A program made the position numbers and the translations under genes. The notes under the pieces were generated by a model. That model was not told the origin of the DNA, did not search any database, and worked only from the letters and a program-made list of their open reading frames with translations. From Camelus dromedarius (taxonomy: Eukaryota), in NCBI RefSeq assembly GCF_036321535.1, contig NC_087437.1, positions 115,632,001 to 115,696,000 of the forward strand: DNA of 64,000 nucleotides, read 5' to 3'. Position 1 is the first letter of the stretch. Each line of letters opens with the position of its first letter. Below, in pieces: positions 27,774-40,857 of the stretch.

Positions 27774-28754
27774 CAGCGCCTCACTTTACATTTGAGAAGA
27801 GCTGTGAGTTTAAGCAGCTTGTTCAAGATGACCCAGCTGCCCAGGGACAGCCTCCGGCTTCTAGTCCAGGCTCTTGCCAGTTCTCCGAGCCAAGCTCGAC
27901 CCTGGAGGCCGAGTCACCGGGGAGACTAATTTAATATGTGGACTCTTGGCTTCTGGGCCGTCAGTGTATTTGTTCTGGAACGACCGTATTGTTCTAATGA
28001 ACCACACTGGACGTGGCTTTCATAAATTTGGAAATGTGGGCCAGGTTTGTCTCTGATTTTCTTTTCATTTAAGGATGCAACTAAAACAGTGTCCAGGAGG
28101 TGCTGGAGGAGAGGAGAGATTCTGCTGCCTCCCCTTCCTCCTTCCCTGAACCCCGTTCCTCACCCTGCTCCTTTCTCCCAAAGTCATTTTTGTCCCTTCT
28201 GGTTTCCAGGGTCCGTAATTCCCACCCGGGTTCAGCCCCTCCCCTGCGGGGTATCAGGCTGGTGTCTCCAGCAGCGTCTCTGGGGGGTTGTGTCACAAAG
28301 TTGGGCGACCCGTCCCAGGGACTGCTTCTCCCATGTGGCAGCCACTAGCCTCTCTTGCCTCTCCCATCTGTGCCCCATGTCTAGGCAAATTGTGCAAATC
28401 CAGATGAGTTGTACCCTAGGCCCTTTTATGTGAGAGAGGTCCTGGGCCATGCCTCTGGATGAAGAAAGAGCGAGACCCTTGAGGTTTCCCTGAGCAAAGG
28501 TAAAAATAAGAGCTGCAAGTGGAGGAAAAAACAAAGAGAGTCATTACGTTTTAGTGATGATCAGAAAACCCTCCTTTTTTCCTTCTCTCTGAAGCATATC
28601 AGCTTGCCTTCCTGTTGCTGCTGTCCCTCCATTTCCCCCCAGGGGGCCAGCAGCGAGCCCCTGGCACCTGCTTCCAGGGCAGCGTGCCCTTCAGGAACAG
28701 GAGAGCTCTGGAGAAGCAGGGATGACCTGGGTATCTGCTTGCTGTCTGTCCCCA

Positions 28755-30980
28755 AAGAATTACAGCCCCACTCCAGTTTTTGTATGGCCCACCCAGCTAA
28801 GAATGGTTTTTACATATTCAGTGGTTGAAAAAAAATCAGACGAATAACATTTCATGATGTGAAAAGTATGTGAAATGTAAATTTCGGTAGCCACAAAGGA
28901 AGTTTGCGTAAATGCAGTTGGAACACCACCGCATTTTAAAGCCTGCAAATGGCCTATGCTCGCTTTTTGCTACACTGGCGGAGTTGCGTGGTCCCTGCAC
29001 AGAGCATGCATGGCACAGAGGTTTTGCCCGGCTGGCTGGTGCACTACGTGCGGCAGTGACGGTTACAAATCCACAGCATTCTGAGTGCCGCATGTTCCAC
29101 CCTGCCACACGTTTATTTTTTATTACCACTGTGGCCATCGTGTCAAAACAAGAGAAGAGGAAAGTGGATTTCGAAGATTACTGTGCTACTGTGACATGGT
29201 GGAGGATGGGTTATTTTGTTACTGAATTAGGCGGCAAAGTGCAATGATATGGTAGCTGGCACATTATACAGAAAACGATATGTGTTGGCATTACCAGTCT
29301 AAACATCCGTCAAAGAACTTCTAACTCATGAGGATGCAATGGTCAGAAACATTAGGAGATTTAAAGTTGAATATTTCAGCACAATTTCTTCACAGAAACA
29401 AAAAATGATAATGAGGCTGCAACCAAAGTAAGTTTCTGATTGGCTCATTTGTTAGCCACGCAAGGAAAGCCACTTACCTGAGGTGGGTTAACTGAATCAT
29501 GTTTGATGCAGCAGCTGGGGAAACATGAGAAGGGAGCATCTTTAGGGCTGTCAGTTGCTCAGTGTTGAGGCCATCATCAGGATCAATGTCGACAATTAGA
29601 AGACAAAGCAAATGACTTTGAGCGTTTTTCCCTGACTCTTCTTACAAGACTTGACATATGTTAGTTTATCTGAGGAGCCCATGCCAAAGGGGAAATAACT
29701 GAAGAATTAGCCTTTGTCAGTGGCCTGTGTGTAACACCTACAGGCAAAAATACTTTCAAAGTTGAGAAAACCAATTCAGTGCAACCTGAAGTAGAATCTG
29801 CTAAGATGTGTAAAAAATATGTGTGGAGTAGAAAAGGCTTAAAAGGATGAACTTAAAAAGCTTGTGATAATACAAGGTGTGAAAGTCTGGGGGTAGTTAC
29901 TGTATTCTTAAATTAACAGGTATTTTTGGAAAATATTTGAAACGTGTAATTGAGCCAATATTGCCAACAGTGAACTTCAGTTGCTCTTGTGGACTTAACT
30001 GTCAACAATTCCATGAATTTTTGTCAGAAATCATATCTGAAACTTCTGAAATGGCCTATGATGCCGCAGCTCAGTGGTTTAGTAGTGAAGTTTTATTTCA
30101 ATTTCTGAGCTCAAGACCATGACTGAAATTTTTCTGGATTAAAAAAACTGCTACTGTTATCAAACACTGAACAGCTTTGGAAATAAGCTTTTGCAGCAGA
30201 TTTGATAATGTGTCTTAATGAATTCTCTTTAAAATCACAAGGCAAAACAATGTTTATGTGTGGAATTCACACTATGGTGAAGTCATCTCAGTAAGAACTA
30301 ACATTGTTGGAATTACAACTAATGTTAGCATGTTGTTGAAAGCTGAAACACGAAGCAAGACTTCCATTCCCACACACATTTGCAGCAGGTATATTATCTG
30401 AGCTCAAACTACGGTTCCAGCAGCAGTTTTTATAACTTAATGCAAACCCCAAAGAAATTTCCACACTGCAAAATCCATTTAACTGCAACTCAGGAGCTTC
30501 CACAGAAGCTTCTATTGAAGTGATTAATCTGCTAAAAGGCAAACATCAATAGAAAAATCTCATAGAATTCTATAAATGCCTTTGAAGCAATAAATATGCT
30601 CAGTTAAAAATCCTATGCTTATTGACTGATTATCAGTACTGGGAAATACCTATCCACGGGAAGACATTTTCAAGGATGAAATATGTAAAATCTCATAAGA
30701 AATCAGCATTAACAGATACACATGTGCAATTAGTCTTGATGATAGGCAACACTGGCTTTGAACTTCAGTTAAGTGAAATGTTATCCCCCCCCAAATTCAA
30801 TTATTCACATTACTAGACCTATATTACAAAAAAAATTATGCTCAATTATTATTATAGTTTACGTTCACCAATTAAATATTTTTCTTTGATTATATAAATC
30901 CCTATACAGTATTTTTGCTTCTTGGACTAGAAAGCCTAAGGCATTTAATATCCGGCTTCTTAAAAAGTCTGCCTGCCCCT
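28755..30980 (+). mobile_element. Near full-length Cheshire-like hAT-Charlie DNA transposon with decayed transposase
   Basis: MER58B-type left arm (tttttgtatggcccacccagctaagaatggtttttaca) and right end (aaagcctaagg...aaaaagtctgcctgcccct). Collinear peptides SKQEKRKVDFE, TVNFSCSCGLNCQQFHEFLSE...QWFSS and TFSRMKYVKSHKKSALTDTHVQLVL resemble Charlie/GTF2IRD2-type transposase, including the hATC dimerisation region. Confidence 0.85.
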
Positions 30981-31234
30981 ACAGTAGGTGGGGCAACGAA
31001 GGAGTAAGCGGGTGGCTTCAGTTTCCCAGATCAGTACCGCAAGAGGCAAATCTGAGGCAGGGGTCCAGGACCCTCTGGCCCCACTCCCAGAGATGATCTC
31101 TGCCCCCCAAAGAGTCTCTGGGCCGTGATCTGTTGGTACAGGAGCAGCCATGATGCAGTGAGCCACCAACGGGACAGCTGTGTGTCCAGCAGCAAGGAGC
31201 GATAGACTGGTTTGCAGGTCAAAGCTTGTCTGTG

Positions 31235-31496
31235 ATGATGTTTTCCCTCAGATGCCTGACCTCCACTCCTCATTTTGCCTATGCGTTGAGAGGTTTATTT
31301 TTATCTCCTGATGCCAGCCAATTCTCTGGTGCCCTGCAGACATCAACCGGGTGTCCAACAATTCAATTAAATTCTGACACTGTCTACCTGGAGTTAGCAT
31401 CAGACCCTATAGGTTAAAGGTCTCAGTCCCACAAGACTCCCTCACTTCAGATGCCACCCACAAGTCCTGAGCCTTTTGAACTTCTGATCGACCAGG
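31235..31496. mobile_element. MER21-like LTR fragment
   Basis: gggtgtccaacaattcaattaaattctgacactgtctacctggagttagcatcagaccc...tcagtcccacaagact resembles MER21. Confidence 0.75.
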
Positions 31497-31650
31497 GTAC
31501 TCAGCCTCCTCTCTGGGTCTCTGTTTGCTCATCTGTGAAATGGGGATGAGACTGTTAACCCACCCTGTGGGGTATTGTGGGATTAATGAGTTAATACACC
31601 TGAAGCTGTTGGAACAGGGCCTCGCACACAGCAAAGCTTAAGAACTGTCA
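31497..31650 (+). mobile_element. MIR
   Basis: ctctctgggtctctgtttgctcatctgtgaaatgggga...gattaatgagttaatac matches the MIR core. Confidence 0.8.
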
Positions 31651-32288
31651 CTTCTTATTAAGTTCTTCTAGCTGCCTGGAAGGTAAGAACTGTTACCTGC
31701 AGCTCAGCCCAAGGCCACAGAGATGTTAATTTTGGAGTCAGTTTTGAAGCCTAGGTTTGCAGACTGAGTTTTACTCACCATTACCTCAAACTGCCTCCCA
31801 GCCAAGCCTCCACCCCCACCCCAGCTCTGTCTCCCATCTCCTATGCCCCTCGTCCATCTTTTACCTGATAGCATTCTCACACCCAAACATTACCCTCTTC
31901 TATTTAAAACCTTACCCCTGTCATTGCCAGGGTATAATTTAAGGTTCTGGAAAATTCATTCAAGACCTGACACTCACCCGCCCCTGCCTACTTGCAGCCT
32001 CCTGTGTTCCAGCTTCACCAGCCCCTCAAATGTGCCTGCATCAGCCTTTGCTTCCAGCCTGAACTTCTGGGATGCTCTCCTTGTCCTCGCCAGCACCCAC
32101 TCCCTCCATGACCGATGGTCCTGTCTGTTCCACAGCACCTGTTTGCGCCCCCGGTCATCAACCTGATACCCGTGTCTGTCTGTCCCTCCTCCTGGAGGGC
32201 AGTAGCTGTTTCTCCTTCCTCTTCTCTCCCATCCTTAATGTAAAGTTGGTACAGGATGCGGGATGCATGTGGAATAAAAGAATGAATG

Positions 32289-32431
32289 GGTGGGGAGGGT
32301 ATAGCTCAGTGGTAGAGTACAGTGCTTAGCATGCATGAGATTCTGGGTTCAATCCCCAGTACCTCCATTAAAAAATAATAAATGAATAAATAAACCTAAT
32401 TACCTCTCCCCCCAAAAAATTTAAAAAAAAA
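32289..32431 (+). mobile_element. Full-length camelid-type tRNA-derived SINE (Vic-1-like) with 13-bp TSD
   Basis: A box TAGCTCAGTGG at 32302-32312, B box GGTTCAATCCC at 32346-32356, A-rich tail, and TSD AAAAGAATGAATG at 32276-32288 and 32432-32444. Confidence 0.93.
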
Positions 32432-32704
32432 AAAAGAATGAATGAGAGAATTTGCTCTCTGGAAAGGAAGAGGATATGGCCAGACCAGTTAAGTCTCCTT
32501 CCCAAAGCTTTTTGAAGTTTTTTTGTTTGTTTGCTAGTTGAGCTGGAAGTGACTCCCGTGAGCAGGCAATTGCTCACAGAATCATGTCGAAGAGACATCA
32601 TGTCTCAGTCTTGCCCTTGATGTTCTCGGGCTGGAGAGAGGAGCCAGCCACTGCCACCCCTCTGGTTTTTGGGAAACACAAGGGTGCAGCTCCTCCATTC
32701 ATGA

Positions 32705-33149
32705 TGGCAACTGAAAGAAAAATATACGATGTAAAAGTTATGAGTTCAGTTTTATTGGGGGAACTTACTGAGGACTATAGCCCAGGAAACAGCCTCTCAG
32801 GAGCTGAGGGAGTGGGGAGAACCAAGAATATGTGATTTTTGGCTGGGGAATATGTGCAGTCAAGCACACATCTCAATGAAAGACTAGTGCTGGTCATAAA
32901 AATTAGATATCTCAGTGAATGATTTTAATGTTTTCTATGTATGGGAAGATGCAAGGATCTGAGTTCATTAAAATTCCCCCTGACATGTACATCCAGCTAT
33001 TTAAGGGGTGTGTTTTTCCAAAGCACAGAGTGCTGCTTCCTGTTTTTTGTGCTGAGGTCCTTTCAGAGTGCACAGCAGGTCGGGGATTGCAGTGGCTCAT
33101 GACTTAATCCTTGTAGAACTGGAGGGTGGACAGCATTCTTTGTTTTACA
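32705..33149 (-). mobile_element. Solo ERV1-type LTR (MER41-like family), copy 1
   Basis: TG...CA termini, about 445 bp, minus-strand AATAAA (tttatt at 32751-32756), and collinear similarity to 55956-56397. Confidence 0.8.
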
Positions 33150-33718
33150 GTGGACACCACCCTGGGGAAGATTCTTTTTGTTTTGTTTGCACAGATAGGA
33201 AGCTTGGGGCTGGGGGCCATGGAATGCAGTCCTGTGTGCAACTCCAGCATCCGGGTTGGGCAGGGCTGGGGTGAGGGGTGCAGGGCTGGAATGAGGGTGA
33301 AGTGCCAACTATCAGCGGGCAGGGGTGAGGGTGCAGGCGGCTTGAAGGGGGCTGGAACAGGCATTTGACCACAACTGAAGACCAGAAAACGAGGGAAGGA
33401 AAACTGAAAAATAGTAAGAATTGCACCAAGAGAATTTTGATTTTTGAACCTGAAGATAGTTTTTTTTTAAAAGACCAGGTTTCTTTGGGTCTCTGAGTAT
33501 TTAATGAATGCTTATATGTTTTATAAGCCTAAATTGCAAACAATCTTTGGTGAACAAGATTTAGGGCTTGAGAAGTGTGCCTATCTGGGTCCCATGTGAT
33601 GCTCTGCCACTGAGCAGACATGGAGCTGAGGCCTGATGTCACCACATAGGCCAGTGTCACAAGGGTAGCTTCAGAGTTTTATAAGATGAAAATAAAACCT
33701 ATTCAAGATTAAATATAT

Positions 33719-33825
33719 GAGGGGGAGGGAATAGCTCAAGTGCTAGAGCACATGCTTAGCATGCACAAGGTCCTGGGTTCAGTCCCCAGTACTTCTTCTA
33801 AAAATAAATGCATAAATCGAAAAAA
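33719..33825 (+). mobile_element. Camelid-type tRNA-derived SINE (Vic-1-like)
   Basis: gggggagggaatagctcaagtgctagagcacatgcttagcatgcacaaggtcctgggttcagtccccagtac plus an A tail. Degenerate TSD AAGATTAAATATAT (33705-33718) versus AAGGTTAAATATGT (33826-33839). Confidence 0.9.
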
Positions 33826-34779
33826 AAGGTTAAATATGTAAACCTTGAGTTGGGAGGTGACAAGTGTAAAGATATTGTCAAAGGAAATTTCTTGGAGCCT
33901 AAAACTACCTCTCGGACATCGACGGCTCCGTCTTTCTAGAACAGTCCAAGGCTGCAGGTGACCAGCTGGCTGACCATCTGTGATGCTTCCAATCAAGCTG
34001 AGTGGTGACCTTTGCCCTGGAAAAGGTGAGTCTACATCGTCTCTCCTTTCTCAGACTAGCTTTCAACCCTGTTCTTGTGTGACCGAGTTCTCCCATGCCG
34101 TAGCATCCTTGGAATAAAAGAGGGCTGGGGTGACAAGACAGAGTCTCCCTGGTTCCGCCCCCTCCCTTCCTCTCATCCACGCCAGCAGCCAGCTGTCCCC
34201 AGGATGTGTGGGGAAGTGACGGGCACAGCCCTTCCTGCTGCTGGAACGGCTCCGTCTCCAGGCATCCTGGGCTGCTCTCCAGCAGGACCCGAAAGCGCTG
34301 CCTCCTTATCGCTTACCTGGAGGCCACGCCTGCAGAGCTGAGGAGGTGCAGCTGCCCCTGGGCCCCAGAATTCATTTTCCCCGGGCTGCCCGGATCCCCA
34401 GGGCAGGGGGCTGGGAGTGCTCCGGGCACACCCCACTCCAGGAATCCTTCTGGGCAATTCCACTGGTTTGCCGTCCTCAGATCTGACTTGGGGGCCTCGC
34501 CATCTTTGGGAGGAATTATTTTCTCTTTCCCTTTTGCAAAAACCCCTGGCAGCTGCCTTGGCTGGCCTTCAGGACGGCGACAGTCCTAGGGAACTGGGCC
34601 AGCTTCACTGGGGTATTAAGTCATTTGATCTGGGTACCATTTGGAGCATTCTCTAGAATGTTTTTTATGACAGAATTCAAACTATAGTTTCTAACTGTGA
34701 TAAGGACAAAAAGGCAATGAGCTTCCAAAACTAGAAATATTCAGACTTTTTGAGTTCCTACACTACTACATCAAAATCG

Positions 34780-36230
34780 CTTCAACTTAACACTTTTTTG
34801 CTGAAAATATGACATTTCACCCCAGATTATTCAGTAATTTGCATCTGTAAAAAAATGACAATTTTCTGCTTAACCATAATATAATCATCACACCAAACAA
34901 AATGAACAATAATTTCTTACTGTCATTAAATACCAGGTCCATAGTCAAGTTTCCCCTCTGCCCCCCCCCAAATATATTTCACTGCTGGTTTGTTCAAACT
35001 AGGACTCAGTCAATATCCAGATGTGTTTAGTTGTTCAGTTTCTTAAGTCTCCTTAGAACTAGAACAATTTGCTCTCTATATTTTGGACAATAGTAAAGTT
35101 TTCCCCACGCTAACATTTTTAATGGTTTCATTTTTCACATTTAAATCTTTGATCCATATGGAATTTATTCTATTGTATGTTGGGCAACGATTTGATTTTG
35201 TGTTTCCCCTAATGGTTACCTGGACTTTCCAACACCTTTTATTAAAAAGACCATGTTTTCCCTGTTAGTTAAAGATTTCATATATATCATTTTGTTGTAT
35301 GGTGACTGTCATATTACCTGGGTCTTTTGTACCTTCTGATGTGTGGCATTAGTTTGTAAGCCCAGCCATATGCCACAGGCACACTGTTTCCATTATAGAG
35401 CTTCTGTGGTAGGTTTCAGTATCTGGCAGGCGAGTGCCCCCAGTTTATCACTCTTCTCACAGTTTTCCTGATGATTCTTGCTGGTTTGTTTGTTTGTTTA
35501 TTTTTAAATTTTTATTTATTTATTTGTGGAAGCCACATTTCATTTGAAGATTGACCCATTTTTGCTAATACACATTTTAATATTGTAAACAAAAACAGAA
35601 TCTGCAGAGACAATGCCATATTTTCTTCATATGAATGTCAGAGCAAATATATCTAATTTCAGAAGAAAATTCTGTAAATTATGCATTGACTTGGGGAGAA
35701 TTGCTTTCCTTGGCTGTTGAGTTACCTTATCCAAGAACATGGTATGTCTTTCCATTTATTAAATCCGCTTTCGTGTCTGTTAAGGGTGTTTTAAAGTTTT
35801 TTCTTATGAAAGTTTTGCCCAATTTTTAAAAATTTTACTCTGAGATATTTTCCCTTTTTTCTTTGTCCTGTAAGTGGGATTTTCTCTTCTATTATATCTT
35901 CTAATCGGTTATTGTATGAATTGATGAAAGCTATTTATTTTATGGTATTTTAATGTTAATTTTATATCCTTACTAAATTCTCTCATTTTTTTTAGCAGTT
36001 TGTCCATGGAATCTCTTGTATTTTTCTAGTTTGCAATGAAATCATCTGCAAATAGAGATGTTTTATATTTTCTGTCCAGTGTTTATCTTTTTGTTGTTCT
36101 CTCATCTAATGATGTTGGCTAATGATTCCAGTGTGGGTATCGGAGTGGTGGAAACACGTGGATCTCCGCATCTGACTCCTGACTTCGGGGAGACTGCCTC
36201 CAGGGTTACCTCACTGAGTAAAGGGGCTTT
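34780..36230 (-). mobile_element. Old L1 fragments
   Basis: Reversed ORF2-derived motifs tttaaatctttgatccatatggaatttatt, aagaacatggtatgtctttccatttatt and atcatctgcaaatagaga. Confidence 0.7.
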
Positions 36231-37329
36231 CTTTTGTTTGTTGCAGACAGGGAGCGGCGTGAGAGTTTGCTGTTCGGTGACAGATGGAGCTTGAGTCAAA
36301 GCCCTGTCACTTCAGGGAGCTGCTGTTTTGGACGGCCGTCTTTCTCCCGGTGGTGCCGGGCCTCGGACGGGGCACGTGCTTGTTAAAAGGCCGCTGTTTC
36401 CGAGCCACGCCGAATTCCCTCCACGCTGCGCTGTGTGTTGAGAGGTCTGAGTCCACTGGGCAAGCGGCAGCACCCCCCCCCCCCCCGCCCCTCTGACGGC
36501 CTCCGGGCAGCCTCGGCGACAGCTGTGCGCTGAGCCGGGCAGCGCTGCCCTGGTGGGTCCTGAAGCTGCTGGCGGGGAAACTGAGCCAGCGCTGCCCAGG
36601 CCTTCAGAGTCTTTCGTGAGAAGAGAAGGGAAAAGCATCTATACGATAGTAAATCAGGGTTTCTGTGACGCCACCTGTGACCTGTTAAATGGGCAAGGAT
36701 GTACATTTCCCTCCCTCCCAACGCATTTCTGGGTGTCTTTGGAGAAAATACAAGAATGGAGGATTTTTGTGTCAACCTCTGTGGCCTAAGAATCATTCCT
36801 GTCAAGAATAGTTAGAACTAGGGGGTCGAGGTGGAAAACGGGGAGAAGCTGAAGCAGAAGAGGGGCCGTGGGAGGGGACAGTCTGCTCACACGTAGGGTC
36901 TAGGGGTCTGTATGTGGGGCAGGATGTTGTCACAGGCAGCCCGAGGTTCTGTCCTGTCATCCCGAGGACCTGGGAGGGGAGCTGAGAAACAAACAGTTAA
37001 CAAGGTTGCCAAAGCTCCTCCACGTCAGGGGACAAGGCAGTGGGACCGTCCTTATAAGTGTGTCTGTCATCTGCGTTGCCCCGGGAGGGCTGTAAACGCA
37101 GAGGTGCTTGTAAAGGTCTTTCCCTCTGGCTCTGACCCAGCTCCCCTGTCAACCCTGTAGCCCATCACCTGTGCTCAGGGTGTTGGGGGGACCAGAATCC
37201 TTCCCGAGGACTCATTGACTCGTTGCTGTTGGTTCAACACAGACTTGCAGCCAGTTCGCCTTCGAAGGGAAGCTTAAGCCACAGCTTCAGGGTTTTGGTG
37301 ACCAGTGACAAGGCTGTTAGAAAGCTACG

Positions 37330-37680
37330 GAAAAGAGCAAACTCCTGCGACATGAAACCGTATGCGTCTTAAAAGCATTATGTTGAGTGAAACAAGCCAG
37401 ACACAAAAGCATGCACACTCTTTGGTTCTACACAGGATGTTCTAGAACATAGCAGACTACTCTATGCTGATAGAAACCACAACAGTGGTTTTCTCTGCGG
37501 TGGAAAGATTCATTAGGAAGGACGTGAGTAAGCTTTCCGTGATGATGGAGATGTTCTGTATGACTACAGGGGCTACAGTCAGACCGGCTTATCCACTTGT
37601 CAGAGTCATCAAATGGTCTACTTAAGATCTGTTCATTCCACTTTATGTGAATTTTGCCTTAACAAAATAAAAGGAAAAAG
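37330..37680 (+). mobile_element. L1M 3' end fragment
   Basis: cattatgttgagtgaaacaagccagacacaaaag...gtgatgatggagatgttctgtat...cttaagatctgttcattccacttta. Confidence 0.8.
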
Positions 37681-39859
37681 AATAAAAGGTAAAGGAAGAG
37701 ACCTAACACTTTTTTTTTTTTTTTTTTAATGAGAGGTTAAATCCTTGATGCACAGTCCTTGGCAACGCTGCCTTTGAGATGCAATAGGCACCAGAAATGT
37801 TTACAAAAGGCGATACCACTGAATTATATGGTGACTCTGGGAGGAAGCAGGAGTTAATTAGAGAAAAGACACAGGGCTGTGAGTAGTTTCTGAGAAAGAT
37901 TCCCGGAGGTCAAAGGCCTGCAGCCAACCACATTCCATTCATAGCATTGACTTCAGACCCCGATAAGTGAAGGAGCCTTCACATTACTTATATTTACTAT
38001 AGAATGATCTAACACAGCGAATGTAAAACAAATCTGTGTAAACTAAACTTTTTTTTTTTTTTTTTTTTTGCTACACACACTGAAGTTTCTTTGAGGCAAG
38101 TTTAGGAATCCTAAGTACCTTAACCTTCAGGTGGGGGTTAAGGATTCTCTTTCCAGGATGGCTTTGCATCCGCTTGGGGGCTGGGGGTCAGATCCCGTCT
38201 AAGAACCCTCCTGAGATTCAGAGCTTCCGGCTGCAAACCAGCCCCACAAGTGTCCAGAGGGCGCAGGGACGGCAGCGTCCCTGCGTGGGAGCCAGTGGTG
38301 GGGCCTCTGAACGCCCGCGGATTTCACGCTCGGTCAGCCCTGATCTGTCATAGACGTGACCCGTGCCGATTCTGGCCCTGCTTTGCCCAGCCATCTAGCT
38401 GCAGTTGAAGTACACGCCAGTTACGCCTCCTGGTGGGTGTGACTGCCGTCCCCGGAAGCAGGCAGCTCTTGTAGTTGGTACCCATGAGGGGCTATGGCTG
38501 GAAATGAGATTTTGGGTCTCTGTTCAAACACACTCTGCACCTGGAGTGATAACCTGGTATGATGATTTCACAATCAAACTGAGCAAATACACTGCGGCCA
38601 CAGGAGACACCCTGAGAAGTGCCCCTGAAGGAGAAACCCCGGGCTGTTGCCAAAGACAAGGGAGGAGAAGTGTACAGAAGGCAAAACAGTGCCCTCTGGC
38701 TGTGAGGACGGCCTGGGAAGCCAGGCCGCGGCCTCTCGTGCGGGGTCTGCCGTTTTCACGGCCCTCTGCGTGGTGTGTGTCTTGACTGTTCTGTGTTTCA
38801 GAGAGGAAAGATGAGATGAAGGAGGCTTGGTCCACGGGTAATTCCAGGCCGGTTTCTTCAGCCAGGTCAGGGCAAGGGCTCCTGGTCCAGAAGCACTTTG
38901 ATTTCCAAAGATGGGAGGTTGTGGGGGTGGACAAGAAAGGAGGGGCTCCTCCAGGGCAGCTGGAGCCAAGAGTAAGGAGGCTTTGTGGGGAGGCTGTGCT
39001 GTGCTCCAGGAGATACTACTGTTCTCACCTAACATTTTAATATCATAGCCTCTGGTTCACATATTTTATCTCATCAACCGTCAGAGCAATCCCGGGAGAT
39101 AAACAGGCTGATCCCTGCTTTACAGCCGAGACGCCCAGAGGGGTGAAGTGGCTGGTCTGAGATCACACAGCCACAGGCTGGGGACTGAGGCTCAACCAGG
39201 TGTGGGGGGCTCTGGGTGTGCGCCCTGGGGCTGCCCCGTGTTTTCCTAGAGCGCGGGGAGGGGGACCCTGGCTTGACAAGGCCATCAGTCTTGCGGGAGC
39301 TTCCCAAACTACTCCGGTGTGAAAACCTTCCAGAAGGATTCTCCACAGGGCAATGTGGCAAGAAATTGATGGCTTGGCCTGATTAATGGGCCAGGCAGTT
39401 AGGAGGTCTTTGCCGGGCTATGAGCATAATTTAAAGGAACCAAGGTGGGAAGAAAGGCCCCCTAACTCACATCTTTAAGGGCTCCAAGAACAAGAGACAT
39501 GTTAGATCACTGAAAACCTCTCTGCTCCTCAGGCCAAAAAAGACCTGCGTGTTTCTGGCTATTTCGATCAAAGAACAGGGAGTATAGATGAATACACGTG
39601 GCAGAAAAAGCAAGGAAAATACTTGCAGGTCGTAAATTTCCAGCTGATGGTTCCTTTGTTATTTTCTGACCGGCTTGGTATTTATTTAACCACGTTCTCC
39701 GTGTTCATGCCTCTCCCCACACCTTGTAAATGCCACCCTCCTAGTCGAGTAATTTTTCATTGAATAGAATTGAAACATTGCCAGGAAAGTGGCCTTTGGG
39801 ATGGCAGGAACGGAGCTGCAGCAGACGGAGTGGGAGAGCCCAGCATGGGAGGAGAAGGT

Positions 39860-39992
39860 GGCGTTGGAGTCCTGGCCACTTTGCTGTGTGATTTTAGAGA
39901 TGTCACTTCATCTCTCTGGGCCTCAGTTTCCTTTTCTGTAAAATAAAGAGCTTGGACTGATTGTCCTCTCTGGTTTCAAAGTCCTGTGAATT
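39860..39992 (+). mobile_element. MIR/MIR3
   Basis: gtcacttcatctctctgggcctcagtttccttttctgtaaaat matches the MIR core. Confidence 0.8.
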
Positions 39993-40549
39993 TCCTGCAA
40001 TCGTGGTGACTCACAGTATCATCATTATTCAGACGCTGGAAGTAAGACTTGCCCTCTGCTAACGCCCAGAGTGTTTTATCCATGTGTGAAAAGGTGACAT
40101 TCATACTTTTCATCTCAAGTTTATTTATATGTGCATTTCTTTCTTTTTCCCCCCTCCCTACCTGGATTCTGTATGATTTAGTTGGGCTGTCTTTTTCCTC
40201 CTTGTCCACCTCCCCAACCACGCATGGCGCCCGGGGCACGCCTGTCCCCCAGGAACCCTCTGGTGTGAATGAAACATGAGGGAAGACAGCCTCCACTCCT
40301 ATTTGTCCTGAGGTTGGGTGACTTGATTTAAAGTTTTTCTTACAAAAAGTACATTCTTTCTATTTGATAAAATTGAATATATGTTTCAAGATGCAGAGTT
40401 AGAAATAAATTTTATTTTCATAAGGATCTTATTTAAACGCATCTTTTCTAAACCAGACTTTGAATCAAAGTGCCAGGGTTTTCAAGTTTTCTGGAAGATG
40501 CTACTCCCCAGATTTCATCATGGCTGCTCTCTTCTCTCTGCCCCAAATT

Positions 40550-40857
40550 GCTCATGTGGGTCATTGTTGAGCAGTAATTCCCCCATCACCGTTGATACTG
40601 GCCCTGACCAGGGTGGCTGGCTTTGCCAGTGGAATGTTAGCCAGTGTGATACAAGCCAAGGTCTTGAATGTGTGCTTCTCCTGGCCACTTGTGCCCCTGC
40701 TGTTTATCATGAGAAGAACATGGGGAAGAGACCAGAAGCCACACCGCAGCCTGGACCAACCAAAGCACGATCAAGCTGCTATACCATCTGAAAGTCAGCG
40801 AGATACTGAGTGTTGGGGTTGTATGTTGTGCGACCTTATTGCAGCAGTAGGTGACCA
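40550..40857 (+). mobile_element. Old MLT1-type LTR whose terminus is interrupted by a younger LTR
   Basis: gctttgccagtggaatgttagc...ttggggttgtatgttgtgcgaccttattgcagcagtaggtgacca; the last bases (atac) resume at 41301. Confidence 0.6.

Noticed and set aside
28912..30816. Domesticated transposase gene (GTF2IRD2/ZBED-like)
   Set aside because: Many stops and frameshifts, degenerate conserved motifs and retained transposon ends indicate neutral decay.
32289..32375. Possible tRNA gene (A and B boxes)
   Set aside because: An A-rich tail, a TSD and multiple diverged copies in the window indicate a SINE.
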